A stretch of 64,000 nucleotides of DNA from Octopus bimaculoides (Eukaryota): positions 11,444,951 through 11,508,950 of the forward strand of contig NC_068982.1 of assembly GCF_001194135.2 (NCBI RefSeq). Direction: 5' to 3'. This document shows positions 11,555-23,179 of this stretch, one piece after another (the stretch's first letter is position 1; every line of letters starts with the position of its first letter). The notes below the pieces were generated by a model. The model saw only the letters and a program-made list of their open reading frames with translations. It searched no databases and was not told the DNA's origin. Made by a program: the position numbers and the translations under genes.

Positions 11555-12005
11555 ATATTTTTGGATTCGAATTTATTTCATGTAAAAAATTGTCTTATTT
11601 CGATAATTTCAACCAATCACTGACAAGTATTCAGTTGTTTACATTTACTCCTTTGGCTGATTAAGCGATGTAAAACGTATTTAATCTCCATACCTTCGTT
11701 TTATTTGCTTTTTTTTTCATTTTAAATTTGCTTTAACCCTAACCCTAACCGTAGGGTTATAGTTAATTGTTTCAGAATCGTTTGTTTATGTAGTCGGCAC
11801 TTAATGTATATCGGCTGAATGGACGTCAGTGATTGGTTGAAATTACAGAAATACGACAACTTTAACATGGAATAACTTATGGATTTCTTTTTTTTTAAAG
11901 AAGACTAAGAGAAAAAGATGTTTTATATGACACATTCTACCAGTGTTCCAAGTTTCAAAGTGTTTCGTTAATGAAAAATGTGGCCCCCGTTTTAAAAAAG
12001 ATCCC
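11555..12005. mobile_element. Non-autonomous DNA element with internal inverted repeats and (CCCTAA)n
   Basis: Perfect 20-bp IR at 11605-11624 and 11825-11844, extending to about 36 bp; taaccctaaccctaacc at about 11735-11751. Confidence 0.5.
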
Positions 12006-12163
12006 TGTGCCGTCCTTTAGCGATAGACATGGCACTTTATAAGCTAAATTTAGCTTCTTTTTCTCCAATACCTTTTCGCTTCATTTTCTTTTAGTATAGC
12101 ATCAATTTTAATCCTTTTCTTTTGTGCATTTCCCCTGACATTAAAGAAAACGATTTGTAACAT

Positions 12164-12545
12164 TATAAGTATACGCACGGCCTGTACCTGACCAACCGCC
12201 CCCAATTCAACTACTTCCAAGGCAGAAATACGAGAGGGCACAGCCTGAAATTGGAAAGATCACACTGCAGGCTCAACATTAGAAGCTGCTTTTTCGTACA
12301 GGGTGTGACGGCCACCTGGAACAGTCTGCCAAACAGTGTGGTCGCAGCTTCATCAGTCAATGCCTTCAAGAACAGGCTTGGCGCACACTGGAGGGAGCTT
12401 CCTGCAAAATTCGACCCTGTCTGTTACTATTAGCTACAATTGTTGAAGTATTGTATCACATGTGACAAATTAATTGTACTAGTGTGGAAAAGGACCTGTG
12501 AACAAGCTCCTAGGAGCTTCAACACGGAAACCATCCAGTAACATG
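12164..12545 (+). pseudogene. CR1 LINE 3' fragment (ORF2 C-terminus plus 3' UTR)
   Basis: YKYTHG...NTRGHSLKLERSHCRLNIRSCFF...WNSLPNSVVAASSVNAFKNRL; 16-bp palindrome at 12504-12519 in the UTR. Confidence 0.85.
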
Positions 12546-12790
12546 TTTTGAACAGATTCGATCCAGTTGATATTTGGCTGTTCCATGTCCGCAAAGAAAA
12601 GTCACAGTTTTAGACATGAATAAATAAAAGTTATTGGGGAAAAAGTTACCAATACATGAAACGGCAAAATGCAAACCAATATGTGGAACTTTTAGTGATT
12701 ATAAATCCTTTGGCAATGGATGTACAACTGTCGTCTCTCTGATGCAATTTTCTGAGTACGCCACCATTTGCCCGATATTGGTTATATAAA

Positions 12791-13011
12791 CAGTAATCCC
12801 TCGACTATCATGGGGTTACGTTCCAACCCCCCACCCCGTGATCGGTGAAAATCCGCAAAGTAGAAACAGTACTGTACTGTATACTTTTTAAAATTATTTT
12901 TATAATTTGTATATATTTATTTTATAAATGCAAAATAACACCACAGAGGAATCAACGTAAACTTAAACAATAAACCACAATAGGTGACCGCCATATGGCG
13001 AGGGATTACTT
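12791..13011. mobile_element. pogo/Tigger-like MITE
   Basis: TIRs cagtaatccctcg and cgagggattact. Confidence 0.7.
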
Positions 13012-13041
13012 TGTATGTATGTATGTATGTGCGTGTGTGTG

Positions 13042-13085
<44 letters not shown>

Positions 13086-13093
13086 CATATTAG

Positions 13094-13455
13094 CACCATT
13101 TGAGCATGATCGTTACTGAGCGTCGCCTTACTGGCACTTGTGCCAGTGTCACGTTAGAAAATCATTCAAGTGAGGTCGTTGCCAGTGTCACTGGACTGAC
13201 TCCCGTGCAGGTGGCACGTAAAAAACACCATTTTGAGCATGGCTGTTACCAGTACTGCCTGACTGACCCTCATGCTAGTGGCACATAAAAGCACCCACTA
13301 CACTCTCGGAATGGTTGGTGTTAGGAAGGGCATCCAGCTGTAGAAACTCTGCCAGATCAGATTGGAGCCTGGTGCAGTCATGTGGTTCACCAGTCCTCAG
13401 TCAAATCATCCAACCCATGCTAGCATGGAAAGCGGACGTTAAACGATGATGATGA
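13094..13455 (+). mobile_element. Family E element, young
   Basis: 5' modular repeats, conserved core, (GAT)n tail. Confidence 0.85.
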
Positions 13456-13559
13456 TTGATTATATATGACAATCCTTAGGAGATCGTCTCAGAAAAGTAT
13501 AACCTATTTGTTTGGCAAGTTCCGTAAAACATTTTTATTTCTTCAGTTTCTTTTTCAGC

Positions 13560-13865
13560 TGACACACAGACCTCTACATTTATGGTGGTTGTCTACACTT
13601 TGTGCAGTCTAACCACCTCTTCTTATACTTAGACCTTAGATCCATCATGGTGTCTGATGTGGCTTTTTAAACCAGACAATGTATTGAAACGATACCCACA
13701 CATCTGATTTGGACCACCATGAGCTGCAGTCAAGTTCTGATCTTTGTGGATCTTAAGATGTCTTTTGAGACCTCCATTAGATTTGCAGACCTTATGGCAC
13801 ACATGGCATTGAAAGGTGTGTAGATATATAGGCAGACTAGTTGGTGGTGGTTTGTTTTCCATGGG
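13560..13865 (-). pseudogene. LINE (probably RTE-type) ORF C-terminus with two C2H2-like zinc fingers and a 3' UTR hairpin
   Basis: FQCHVCHKVCKSNGGLKRHLKIH (Cx2Cx12Hx3H); second finger lacks its first Cys; no TGEKP linker; hairpin ggtggtt...aaccacc at 13584-13617. Confidence 0.55.
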
Positions 13866-14025
13866 TCCCATACATAGATGCACATAAACACATACGTACA
13901 CAAAAATACATAAACAAGTGATTTGTGAACACAAAACATGTCTAGTTACATATGTATGTATATCTGTATATATATGTGTGTGACTGTTTCACTGGTCAAC
14001 TTGCTTGTGCAAATGAAAGACAATG

Positions 14026-14026
14026 A

Positions 14027-14076
<50 letters not shown>
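14026..14076. repeat. (TG)n microsatellite
   Basis: Direct reading. Confidence 0.95.
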
Positions 14077-14078
<2 letters not shown>

Positions 14079-15398
14079 AAGAAATAAAGAAGTTTAATGG
14101 AAATTGCTGAACAGTTAGTTCAGCAATTTCCGTAATACTTTTTTTGATTTCTTTAGTTTTTGACCTAGATACATACATACATTCATACATACACACATGT
14201 ATATTCTCATGCAGTTAAGAATATAAGAAAGTTGGTTTGGGGGTTGGGGGTTGAAAATAGAATTGAGTCTTAAAATGTGTAGTTTTAAAATTTTGTAATA
14301 TATGTATTATAATACCAAACAGGTTTCGACATTTTTTTGTTTGTTTTTTGGTAAATAAAAAAAAAAGTTTAGGAGAGATTGAAGGTGCAAAGGAAAATTC
14401 GGAAAAACATGCTTAAACGAGCAGATGTTCATACAAATTCCAATTTTCAATAAACAATAATACAAGTTCTAATGTTCGATGAATTTCGTAGCAGTCATAC
14501 ATAATTGGAAGTTCAGTAACAACTGAGTTAATTAAATATGACGAATTTTCTAAAAGACTGAAACCATAAGACATAATATTGCTTCATTTTGTTATAATTT
14601 CATGTATCAACAACTGAAGAATATTGCAATATCAAAATACTTGTGTCCATTTAAGAAATATATTTGGTGAGTTAAGAAATATATATGTTAAAAACCTGGT
14701 TTTTATCTTGAACTCTTTTATCTTGAACTCTTTTATCTTGAACTTCATCTTTCTCAGTTTTGGTATTTTTTAGTCCACCACCCATATTTTTTTAAAGAGT
14801 ACTTCATTTCTAGAACTTCAGATTAAGATTTTAAACATAACAATACCATTTACGACTCACCTTAACAATAAACTGATAGAGATGTGAAGTATTTTAAACA
14901 TTAAAAATCGAAATTCCTGATCAGTAATCATCTCTTTCTTACATTGAGTATATCTAATTAAAGATATAAATATAAATTTGACATTTATTTTATGTTTCAA
15001 AGTTGACTGCAGCTCGAAGCCATTCAGATAGAGATTCTCAGATAGTACATGGTTGAATAGTTTGACCTTCTAATTATACAAAACTTTAACCAGACATGTT
15101 TTATCAGACGAAGTAGGAACAAATAATGGTAAAATTATACAACAGTCCGATTATTCCTTTAAGTTTTTACTCCGGGCAAAGAAATTTTAGTATAGCTACA
15201 AATTTCCAATGGTAATCATTTTGTCTTTATAAAATTAGAACATTTTAAATCGTTTGAATTAATAACAGCAAAAGCCTTCCAATCATGGCCGCCAGTCCTT
15301 AAACTCTAATCAAGCCAGGAATAACCATATCTTTTTCTCTTTTATCGCAGCTAATGCAGATTTGCACCTCACTTTGTGCGAATCTGCATGAGCCCCCA

Positions 15399-15766
15399 TT
15401 TATCTTGTTTTAGTCAACAGATTGTGGCCATGCTGGGGCACTGCCTTGAAGAATATTTAGTTGAATGAATTGACCCTAATTCTTAGTATTTTTTTCTAAA
15501 CCTGGTACTTATTTTATTGGTTTCTTTTGTCAGACTGCTAAGTTACTGGGATGTAAACACACTAACACTGGTAGGAGAAAAAAACTCACACATACACACA
15601 CATGATGGGCTTGTTACGGTTTCTGCATATCAAATCCACTGACAAAGCTTCGGTTGGCCTAAAGCTGCAGTAGAAGACACTTGTCCAAGGTGCCACGCGG
15701 TGGGGCTGAACCCAGGACTATGTGGTTGGGAAGCAAGCTTCTTACCACACAACTATGCCTGTGCCT
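15399..15766 (-). mobile_element. SINE-A
   Basis: Head, (CA)n and 3' domain. Confidence 0.8.
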
Positions 15767-16877
15767 ATAACCAATGTTAATTATAAATTGTATCAAATTT
15801 CATTGATTATTGTTGCAAAAATGAATCAGATCAGATCGTGTACTTATTTTGGACAGTAAAGGCCTAGAATCTCAAAAATGTTTCTTCCCTCATTTCCTGT
15901 CCCAGTTTAAGAATTTGTTTTTTACTACCAGATTTTAACCTTTTGTCAGGTTTGAAAGTAAAATTATTCACTAGCACCCATTGTGTTTTCCATTAAATTA
16001 ACATTCATCCCACCAAAAGAAACGTTGGCCTGTTCAAATACATTAAATTGCCCAGATTCGTTTCTTGGTTTGTTAAGGAATCATGCTGCCATATTGGTTT
16101 GGCCTTCAAGGAAATGATACTTCACTCATATTGCCGACCTTCCACCTAAGATTCTCCACCTCTCAAAAAAAAGAAAAAAAAAAAAAAATGCAAACACAGA
16201 TGTTGAGAATACAGCAGTTCAGAAAAATATTCTGTTAACTATTTGGCTACATAGTTCATTCTAGTNNNNNNNNNNGGGGGGAGAGCAACATAAAGACAGA
16301 ATATGTAAGATGTTATTAATGGTTAATTTATGATTTTTTCTAACTTTGATGGTTGATTAAAATTTAGAATGTCAAATGTCATCATGAAATACTGGAAATA
16401 TGTTAAAGCATTTATATAAGAAAAAAGATAGGGAGCAATTATAAAATAAAAAATAAAGAATTTATTGCTAGCGTCCATAGTTAAAATCCGGTTTAGATGC
16501 AGTTAACCGTTCTAAAAAAGTGAAAGATGTATTGAAGAAACCGGAAATAATGATATTGACTTAAGGATTGTATAGAATGTACACAAAAAAATTTTTTATA
16601 TAGATTAACTTACAAAATTAAATTAGAAAATTGGACAAAAGAGAACACAAATGAGTAAAGAAAAAAAACCAAAACGATTCACCACCTTGGGTTGAAAAGT
16701 TGGGGGTGCTGGGAAACCTCTCTAATGGCTATATATTTAATATAGCATGGAAACCAAACATTTTATATAAGATGAAAACAATCTTGGAAACATAAGTTTA
16801 TTGATGCACAAAATGAGATTTGTGAATAGTTTTACACAATCCCTTAATTTGTTTTTCCATACATGCTTATGAACATA

Positions 16878-16878
16878 T

Positions 16879-16959
<81 letters not shown>

Positions 16960-17030
16960 TATATACGACAGGCTTCTTTCAGTTTCCCTCTACCAAATCC
17001 ACTCACATTATTTTTGTGAGACATGGCAGG
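16878..17030 (-). repeat. (CA)n(TA)n microsatellite with a SINE-A fragment
   Basis: cgacaggcttctttcagtttcc...accaaatccactcac follows the tract. Confidence 0.75.
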
Positions 17031-17159
17031 AAATCAATTTTCCATCATGCCTTAATATATTTAAAAAAAATTTTATGGCGGGGTACTAAGTCGAGTTACC
17101 TAAGATATTTGTGTGAAGAATAGCAATCCCACCACCATTCCAATTAGGAGTAGTATTTT

Positions 17160-17450
17160 GTTGTTGAGTCTTATTTCAGACTTGTTGTACCAGCAGTTGA
17201 TCAAACTACTGCTTGCTTGATGGGGCTGAGGGTCATCTTTGTTTAGTGGTCTCAGAGACGTCCTCATGCTTAGAGCCGACCAGGCCCACCATAGCTGGTG
17301 ATCTCATGCCAGCTCCTCTGCATCGTCCAAGTTGATGTTGAGCCTTTGGAGATCCTCCTCAATCATGTCCAGCCATCTGATGTATTTCCATTTCCTGGCC
17401 CAAAGAGCTTGTCTTTCAGAAGCAGTTTTTGCTAGGCTATGGATGTGACT
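17160..17450 (-). pseudogene. RTE-like LINE ORF C-terminus and 3' end
   Basis: KYIRWLDMIEEDLQRLNINLDDAEELA*DHQLW resembles the RTE RW.D.I.EDL...A.DR..W motif. Confidence 0.65.
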
Positions 17451-18261
17451 CTGTTCAAAACACATGATGGGAGATTGTGTGACCTAATATTGGTAGTGAC
17501 TTTCGAAGACTTTATTTGATGCAGCTACACTCATAGAAAATATATGTGAATGCAGGGTAAAGATAGCGATAAAGAGAGAGAAACATGCGTTGATTTTCAA
17601 ATGTTTATTGTTACTGAAGAGTGAAAATTTTGCAGAATCGGTGAAGAATCTAATTAAATGCCTGACAGCATTTAGTTCCATATACAATTACATGATTCTA
17701 AATGTGAGTAGTGTAATATTTTTCTAGATTGTTTTTAACAGATGCATCCATAAAAATTGTATTTAATGGCTAAACTGCTAAACGTATTCTTCATAATAAG
17801 TTCACACCCTACATATACTAACCAGATTTTCTTTTGACATGTATTTAGTTAAAAGCTTGTTCAAATACAGCAATTAAAACTTGTTCCAATAAATCATCAT
17901 TATACATATTTAAATATCATAATTTATCACTACTGAAAAATTAATTTGCTTTCTCATTAATGTCCGTTCCATATTGTATATGTTTGTGTGAGAATTGTTT
18001 TATTAACTATAAAAATACAAGTGGTGGGTTGATCATGGTAAAATAATATTTTTTGAAGAATACAATTTATAAACAATCACATTTCCTTCAATATACCATA
18101 ATTGATAAATTTATTTTGCAAGTACCTGTGTTTTCATTATAATTTGTGAATAAATGATTGCTAGATGATTTGAGTCAATTCTACTTTATTCTTTATTATA
18201 CACCAAAGTTATTTTATATAGCATAATTTAACTTGAAGAAAATTTATCCTCCAGGTTATAA

Positions 18262-18307
<46 letters not shown>

Positions 18308-18312
<5 letters not shown>

Positions 18313-18502
18313 TACCTGTGCTGGTGGCATGTAAGAAGCACCCATTACATTCTTGGAATGGTTGGCATTAGGAAGGGCATTCAACTGTAGAAACCATACC
18401 AAATCAGACTGGAATCTGGTGCAGTTCTGCAGCTTACCAGTTTCAGTCAAACCATCTAACATGCCAGCATGAAAAGCAGATATTAAATGGTGGTGATGGT
18501 AT
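18308..18502 (+). mobile_element. Family E 3' part
   Basis: Conserved core and tail. Confidence 0.8.
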
Positions 18503-18590
18503 ATTGTTTTTATGTTCGTTATAATAACAGCTTACATTAATCTGATGGGTTCCTTTTAACTTTTGTAGAGTACAAATTTATTATTCTTAA

Positions 18591-18789
18591 CCCTTTTGTT
18601 ACCATATTTATGTTAAGATGCTCTATGTTTCTTTTAATTAATTTTAAATATAACAAAGAATTTAGTAAAATAACTTAGTCATCATTCAGCTAGTGTTAGG
18701 AACATAAATTGTAACTAAGGAACTTTTGAAAACAAGACATTTGTACTACAGAGCCAGAGGCGGTTTCAGGCGGGTTGGTATCAAAAGGG
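18591..18789. mobile_element. piggyBac-type MITE
   Basis: TTAA on both sides; TIRs cccttttgttacca and tggtatcaaaaggg (13/14). Confidence 0.85.
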
Positions 18790-18796
18790 TTAAACA

Positions 18797-18898
18797 AGAA
18801 TATTATTGACAGTGACTGTGAAGTTTTGAGCCAGCTAAGCCATTGTCGGAAGATGGGTTAGCTGGCCAAAACTTCAAAGTCACTGTCGACAACATTCT
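18797..18898. repeat. Imperfect inverted repeat, about 46-bp arms and 9-nt loop
   Basis: gacagtgactgtgaagttttgagccagctaagccat pairs with atgggttagctggccaaaacttcaaagtcactgtc. Confidence 0.9.
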
Positions 18899-18919
18899 CG
18901 TATAAGAATAATATGACTA

Positions 18920-19385
18920 GTGATTGAGATCTTTGGTGATATGCTGTGCTTGAGAAGACCCATCAAGCCAAGTGAAATCATCATCATAGCCAATGCTGGT
19001 GTCACATTACTGGCACGCATGTTGGTGGCTTGTAAAGGGCACCTTTTGAACATTGGGCCTCATGGAGGTAAAGAGGCTGAGTTCCTTTTGAGCGTTGGGC
19101 CTCATGGAGGCAATGACTGAGACCTTTGGTATTATGTTGTGAGAAGACCCATCAAGCCGAGCAAAATTGCACTTGTGGCAGATACTGGTGTCACACAAAT
19201 GGCACCTGTGCCAATGGCTTGTAAAAACACCCATTACACTCTCGGAGTGGTTGGTGTTAAGAAGGGCATCCATCTGTAGAACACCATGGCAAATCAGACT
19301 GGAGTCTAGTGCAGCCCCAGTCAAACTGTCCAACCCATGCCAGCATGGACAACGGACGTTAAATCATGATGCTGATGATGATGAT
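18920..19385 (+). mobile_element. Family E element, long variant
   Basis: Shares its 5' region (tgggcctcatggagg twice) with 44658-45015; core; (GAT)n tail. Confidence 0.8.
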
Positions 19386-19914
19386 ATATATTTGCATACT
19401 CATACACACACACACACACACAGATACACACATACACACAATTTATTCTCCAAGCTATTACATTAAATATTTCAGTCATGTTAATTATTTATTTCAAAAA
19501 AAGATAAGTTGCAATGGCTGAGTGGAGAAGCTTTGAGGAGGCATGACTTCATGTTTCTGTCCCTGGGCATTAAGCTCATTTGCTCTACTTATCTGGCAGG
19601 TGTGGTGGAAAATACTAAACTAACTGGAAAAGCCAAGTAGTTTACCTTGCTCACATGAAATGTTCTCATATGAGAATAGAGTTTCCAAGAAACAAATTTA
19701 GTTTATATAAAAATATGTCTTTGTTCTACTAAAACCAATTGTATTAAGAATATTTTTATTGTGGCTAAGATATTGTTACTAGTGAAAAAGTTACTTAGTT
19801 CATTTATAATTCTCTACTATTTCAAAGGAGAAAGTAACATTGTTAAAATGCTAGAGTTTTACCTGGTCAGCATTAAATTTTTAAAAAATAGGTATAATAA
19901 ATAGGTAAAAATTT

Positions 19915-20208
19915 TTTAAATAGGTATAATAAATAGGTAAAATAGGTGCAATTTCTTTGGAGCAGTGGATGAACCTGATCATAGAAATATTTTTGTTACT
20001 ATCATTTGCTGTATATATCAGTTTATTTGTATTATTCAAAAACATAAAGTATGTTTTGCCGGAATTCAGCAAAAATTCATTTGCAATTAACAATTTGTCC
20101 TTGTTCATTTTGATTGCTTCAAGCTGCTAAGTAAAATAACAGAAATAGATTGTTTCAAGGTTTTTAATATGTTACATTTCAAAGACTTATCTTGTTCAAA
20201 TCCAAAAT
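19915..20208 (+). repeat. Apparent source copy of a ~270-bp local duplication
   Basis: Nearly identical to 21758-22035; continues into unique sequence. Confidence 0.9.
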
Positions 20209-20495
20209 ATTTTTTATTTATTACATTTTTTGATGAACAATATTTCCTTGTTTAGGAGTTATCAGGACTTGTTTCTTCTGTTTAGTAGTTTTTTTTCTTC
20301 TTCTTTATGGTATATTATGTTTTGCATACTTTAGTGTGACTAGTTGACATTAGTAGCAGCTGCCAGACTACCATCAGTATTTAGATTCTTCTCTCTGCAT
20401 TCTGAGTTAAAAATTATGTTGAGAATACTTTTAATTTTACCAGAACTCTTTAGCATTCAGATTAATCTGTCAAATGTATTTATTCACAATGTATT

Positions 20496-20990
20496 TGGAC
20501 TGGCTCCTGTTTTGGACTGGCTCCTGTTTTGGACTGGCTCCTGTGCTGGACTGGCTCCTGTGCTGGACTGGCTCCTGTGCAAGTGACAAGTAAGACATCC
20601 GAGCGNNNNNNNNNNCCTGTTTTGGACTGGCTCCTGTGCTGGACTGGCTCCTGTGCTGGACTGGCTCCTGTGCAAGTGACAAGTAAGACATCCGAGCGAG
20701 ATCATTGCCAGTGCCGATGGACTGGCACCTGTGCAGGTGGCACGTAGAGTACACCATTTCGAGCGTGGCTGTTGCCAGTACCCGCCTGACTGGCCCTCGT
20801 GCCGGTGGCACATAAAAGCACCCACTACACTCTCGGAGTGGTTGGCGTTAGGAAGGGCATCCAGCTGTAGAAACTCTGCCAAATCAGATTGGAGCCTGGT
20901 GTCGCCTCCTGGTCCACCAGTCGTCAGTCAAATCGTCCAAACCATGCTAGCATGGAAAGTGGACATTAAACGACGACAACGATGATGATG
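20496..20990 (+). mobile_element. Family E element with 17-bp tandem repeats (ggactggctcctgtgct)
   Basis: Tandem units, 10-N gap at 20606-20615, then core and tail. Confidence 0.85.
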
Positions 20991-21160
20991 TTTTGAATTG
21001 ATCATGCATTATCTCATAGCTTTGAGATTTTGTTAATGTCGTTTTATATTTTTAAAATGACATTGTAGGATATGTATGAGAAGCCAGATCTGGCCAGTTT
21101 GAACATAACATAGGTAGAATATTTGGGCTGGACATGTCCAGTTTAAATGCTAGAAGGTTG
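20991..21160 (-). mobile_element. Second piggyBac-like MITE family, partial
   Basis: atgcattatctcatag...ctggccagtttgaacat...tttaaatgctag, shared with 32743, 35677 and 36070. Confidence 0.6.
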
Positions 21161-21661
21161 AGGATCAACTGAATGAGCGCTAATGAAATTCTGTGGTTAG
21201 TTTTCAATAGTCAAAAATGAAAAACCTGCACAAAAATTATCATAGTCAAATAAATTTCTTTTATGTTATGCTTTATACTTTTTTTAGAATTAAAACACAA
21301 GTGTCACTTTATTATGCAACACAATTATAGTCACTTAAGATGAATCAGCTCTTTTATTTATAGCTTATCAAGCATAACTGTTGTCTCATCGATCTAAAAG
21401 AAGTGAAAAATCTGAACTACAAAGGATTTTAAATTTTAGTAACTACTTTTATACTCTTGGCTTTTATACAAAAAGACAGTCAGCTTTCTCTGACTCATCT
21501 ACCCATTAACTCATTATTTGGACATAACAGTACAGTAAGACTAAAGAAAGATACACTGAAAAATGTCAACATTTTCTCTTCAGTTTGTAATGATGACTGT
21601 TATATCTGAAAACCTTAAAAACTTAAGGAAATTTCAATTTTCACAAAAGAATGTTCGCATA

Positions 21662-22090
21662 ATGTTGGTCTGAAATTTTGGAATGAGGCCAGCAATTTCC
21701 AGGGGAAGTGGCAAATTGATTACGTTGACCCCAGCGCTCAATTGTTCTTATTTTTTGAAATGGGTATAAAAAATCTGCAATTCCTTTAAAGAAGTGAATG
21801 AACCTGATCATAAAAATATTTTTGTTACTATCATTGCTGTATATATCAGTTTATTTGTATTATTCAAAAACATAAAGTATGTTTTGGCAGAATTCAGCAA
21901 AAATTCATTTGCAATTAACAATTTGTCCTTGTTCATTGATTGCTTCAAGCTGTTAAGTAAAATAACAGAAATAGATTGTTTCAAGGTTTTTAATATGTTA
22001 CATTTCAAAGACTTCTCTTGTTCAAATCCAAAATCTTGGATGAAAGGCAAAGTCAACCTCAGCAGAATTTGAACTCAGAACATAAAGATG
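21662..22090 (-). mobile_element. SINE-B interrupted by a ~280-bp insert
   Basis: gaccccagcgctcaattg on the left; ggatgaaaggcaaagtcaacctc resumes at 22038. Confidence 0.75.
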
Positions 22091-23179
22091 AAAAAATTTT
22101 TATTAAGATCACTATGGATCAAATACAGAAATGGGTACAATATAGGACAAACAAATATACAAAATGTATAAGTTCGATGTTCTTTTAAAAATTAACGATT
22201 GTCTTTATATATATCAAAATTTAAAATTCATAATAAAGATGAATGAAATACTGTGCAGCATTTTTGTTTAGTATGATCACTATTCTGCTAGCTTGTCACC
22301 TTAGAACATTAGCATAATTTTGGCAATATATTTTCAGCCGTAAAACAATTCACAAATTTTCAAAATATTCTCACTGATCTTGTTTTCTTTATGAAACATG
22401 TTGAATTGCTGTTTTAAGCTATTTCTTTCATAAAGTCATTTGAAATATGTTTCTTAGTATATTATAACCTTGCTTTAAGATTTTCAATTTACTACTAAAT
22501 TGATTATTACTGATTGCTACCATTGCTACAATGCATTTCAAGAAGATCTCATCATTATTTTGATATGCTGTGCTGTTGTGTTTTATACTTTGATGCTGTT
22601 CTAAGATATGAAGAAAATTATTCATCATTTTTCATTAATAATATTAATAACCTGAAAGATGATGCAAATATATTTAATACTCAGCTTAAACTGCTGCAGA
22701 TTACAGAAATGTGGAAACATCAAATAAGACATTTTTAAAGAAGAGTGTTGCTAGTAAAATAAGACTCAAATTGTAACTCTTGTATCAGCATATGTTAAAA
22801 AAAAATGTTAAGTAAATTAAAAGGCTAAAAGAGTAACAACTTTGATGTATTAATTTAGAAGGATAAACATAGCAGAATTGCCAGAGGCTAGAATTCATTA
22901 TGCATTGAGATTTTCCTTTGAAGCAAATATTTTTTTTCTTTTAATCTTTGGTATTTTTATAAGAGTTTCTTCTTCCTGAATATGGAAATGCTAATCAATG
23001 GTAGTTTTATTTGGAATGTGTTAAGAGATAATAGGGGCTGAAGTATTCATGTTTTAACGAAACATTCACTGAGCTATGAAATTTTCTGTAATAAACCTAA
23101 TTAGATTTTAGTTAATAGCCTAATCTTATTGTTATTTTTTCTGAGTGAAGTATATTATCCCTATATTAGACCTGTAAAG

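Noticed and set aside
20540-20690. Duplicated block on both sides of the 10-N gap
   Set aside because: Identical sequence flanking a gap is most likely a contig-overlap artefact.
21794-22072. Overlapping ORFs on both strands in the duplicated segment
   Set aside because: The source copy has frame-breaking indels, the ORFs run into SINE sequence, and no homology was recognised.
22428-22738. Opposing AT-rich ORFs as a viral or Polinton relic
   Set aside because: Short, with no recognisable motif; within chance expectation.
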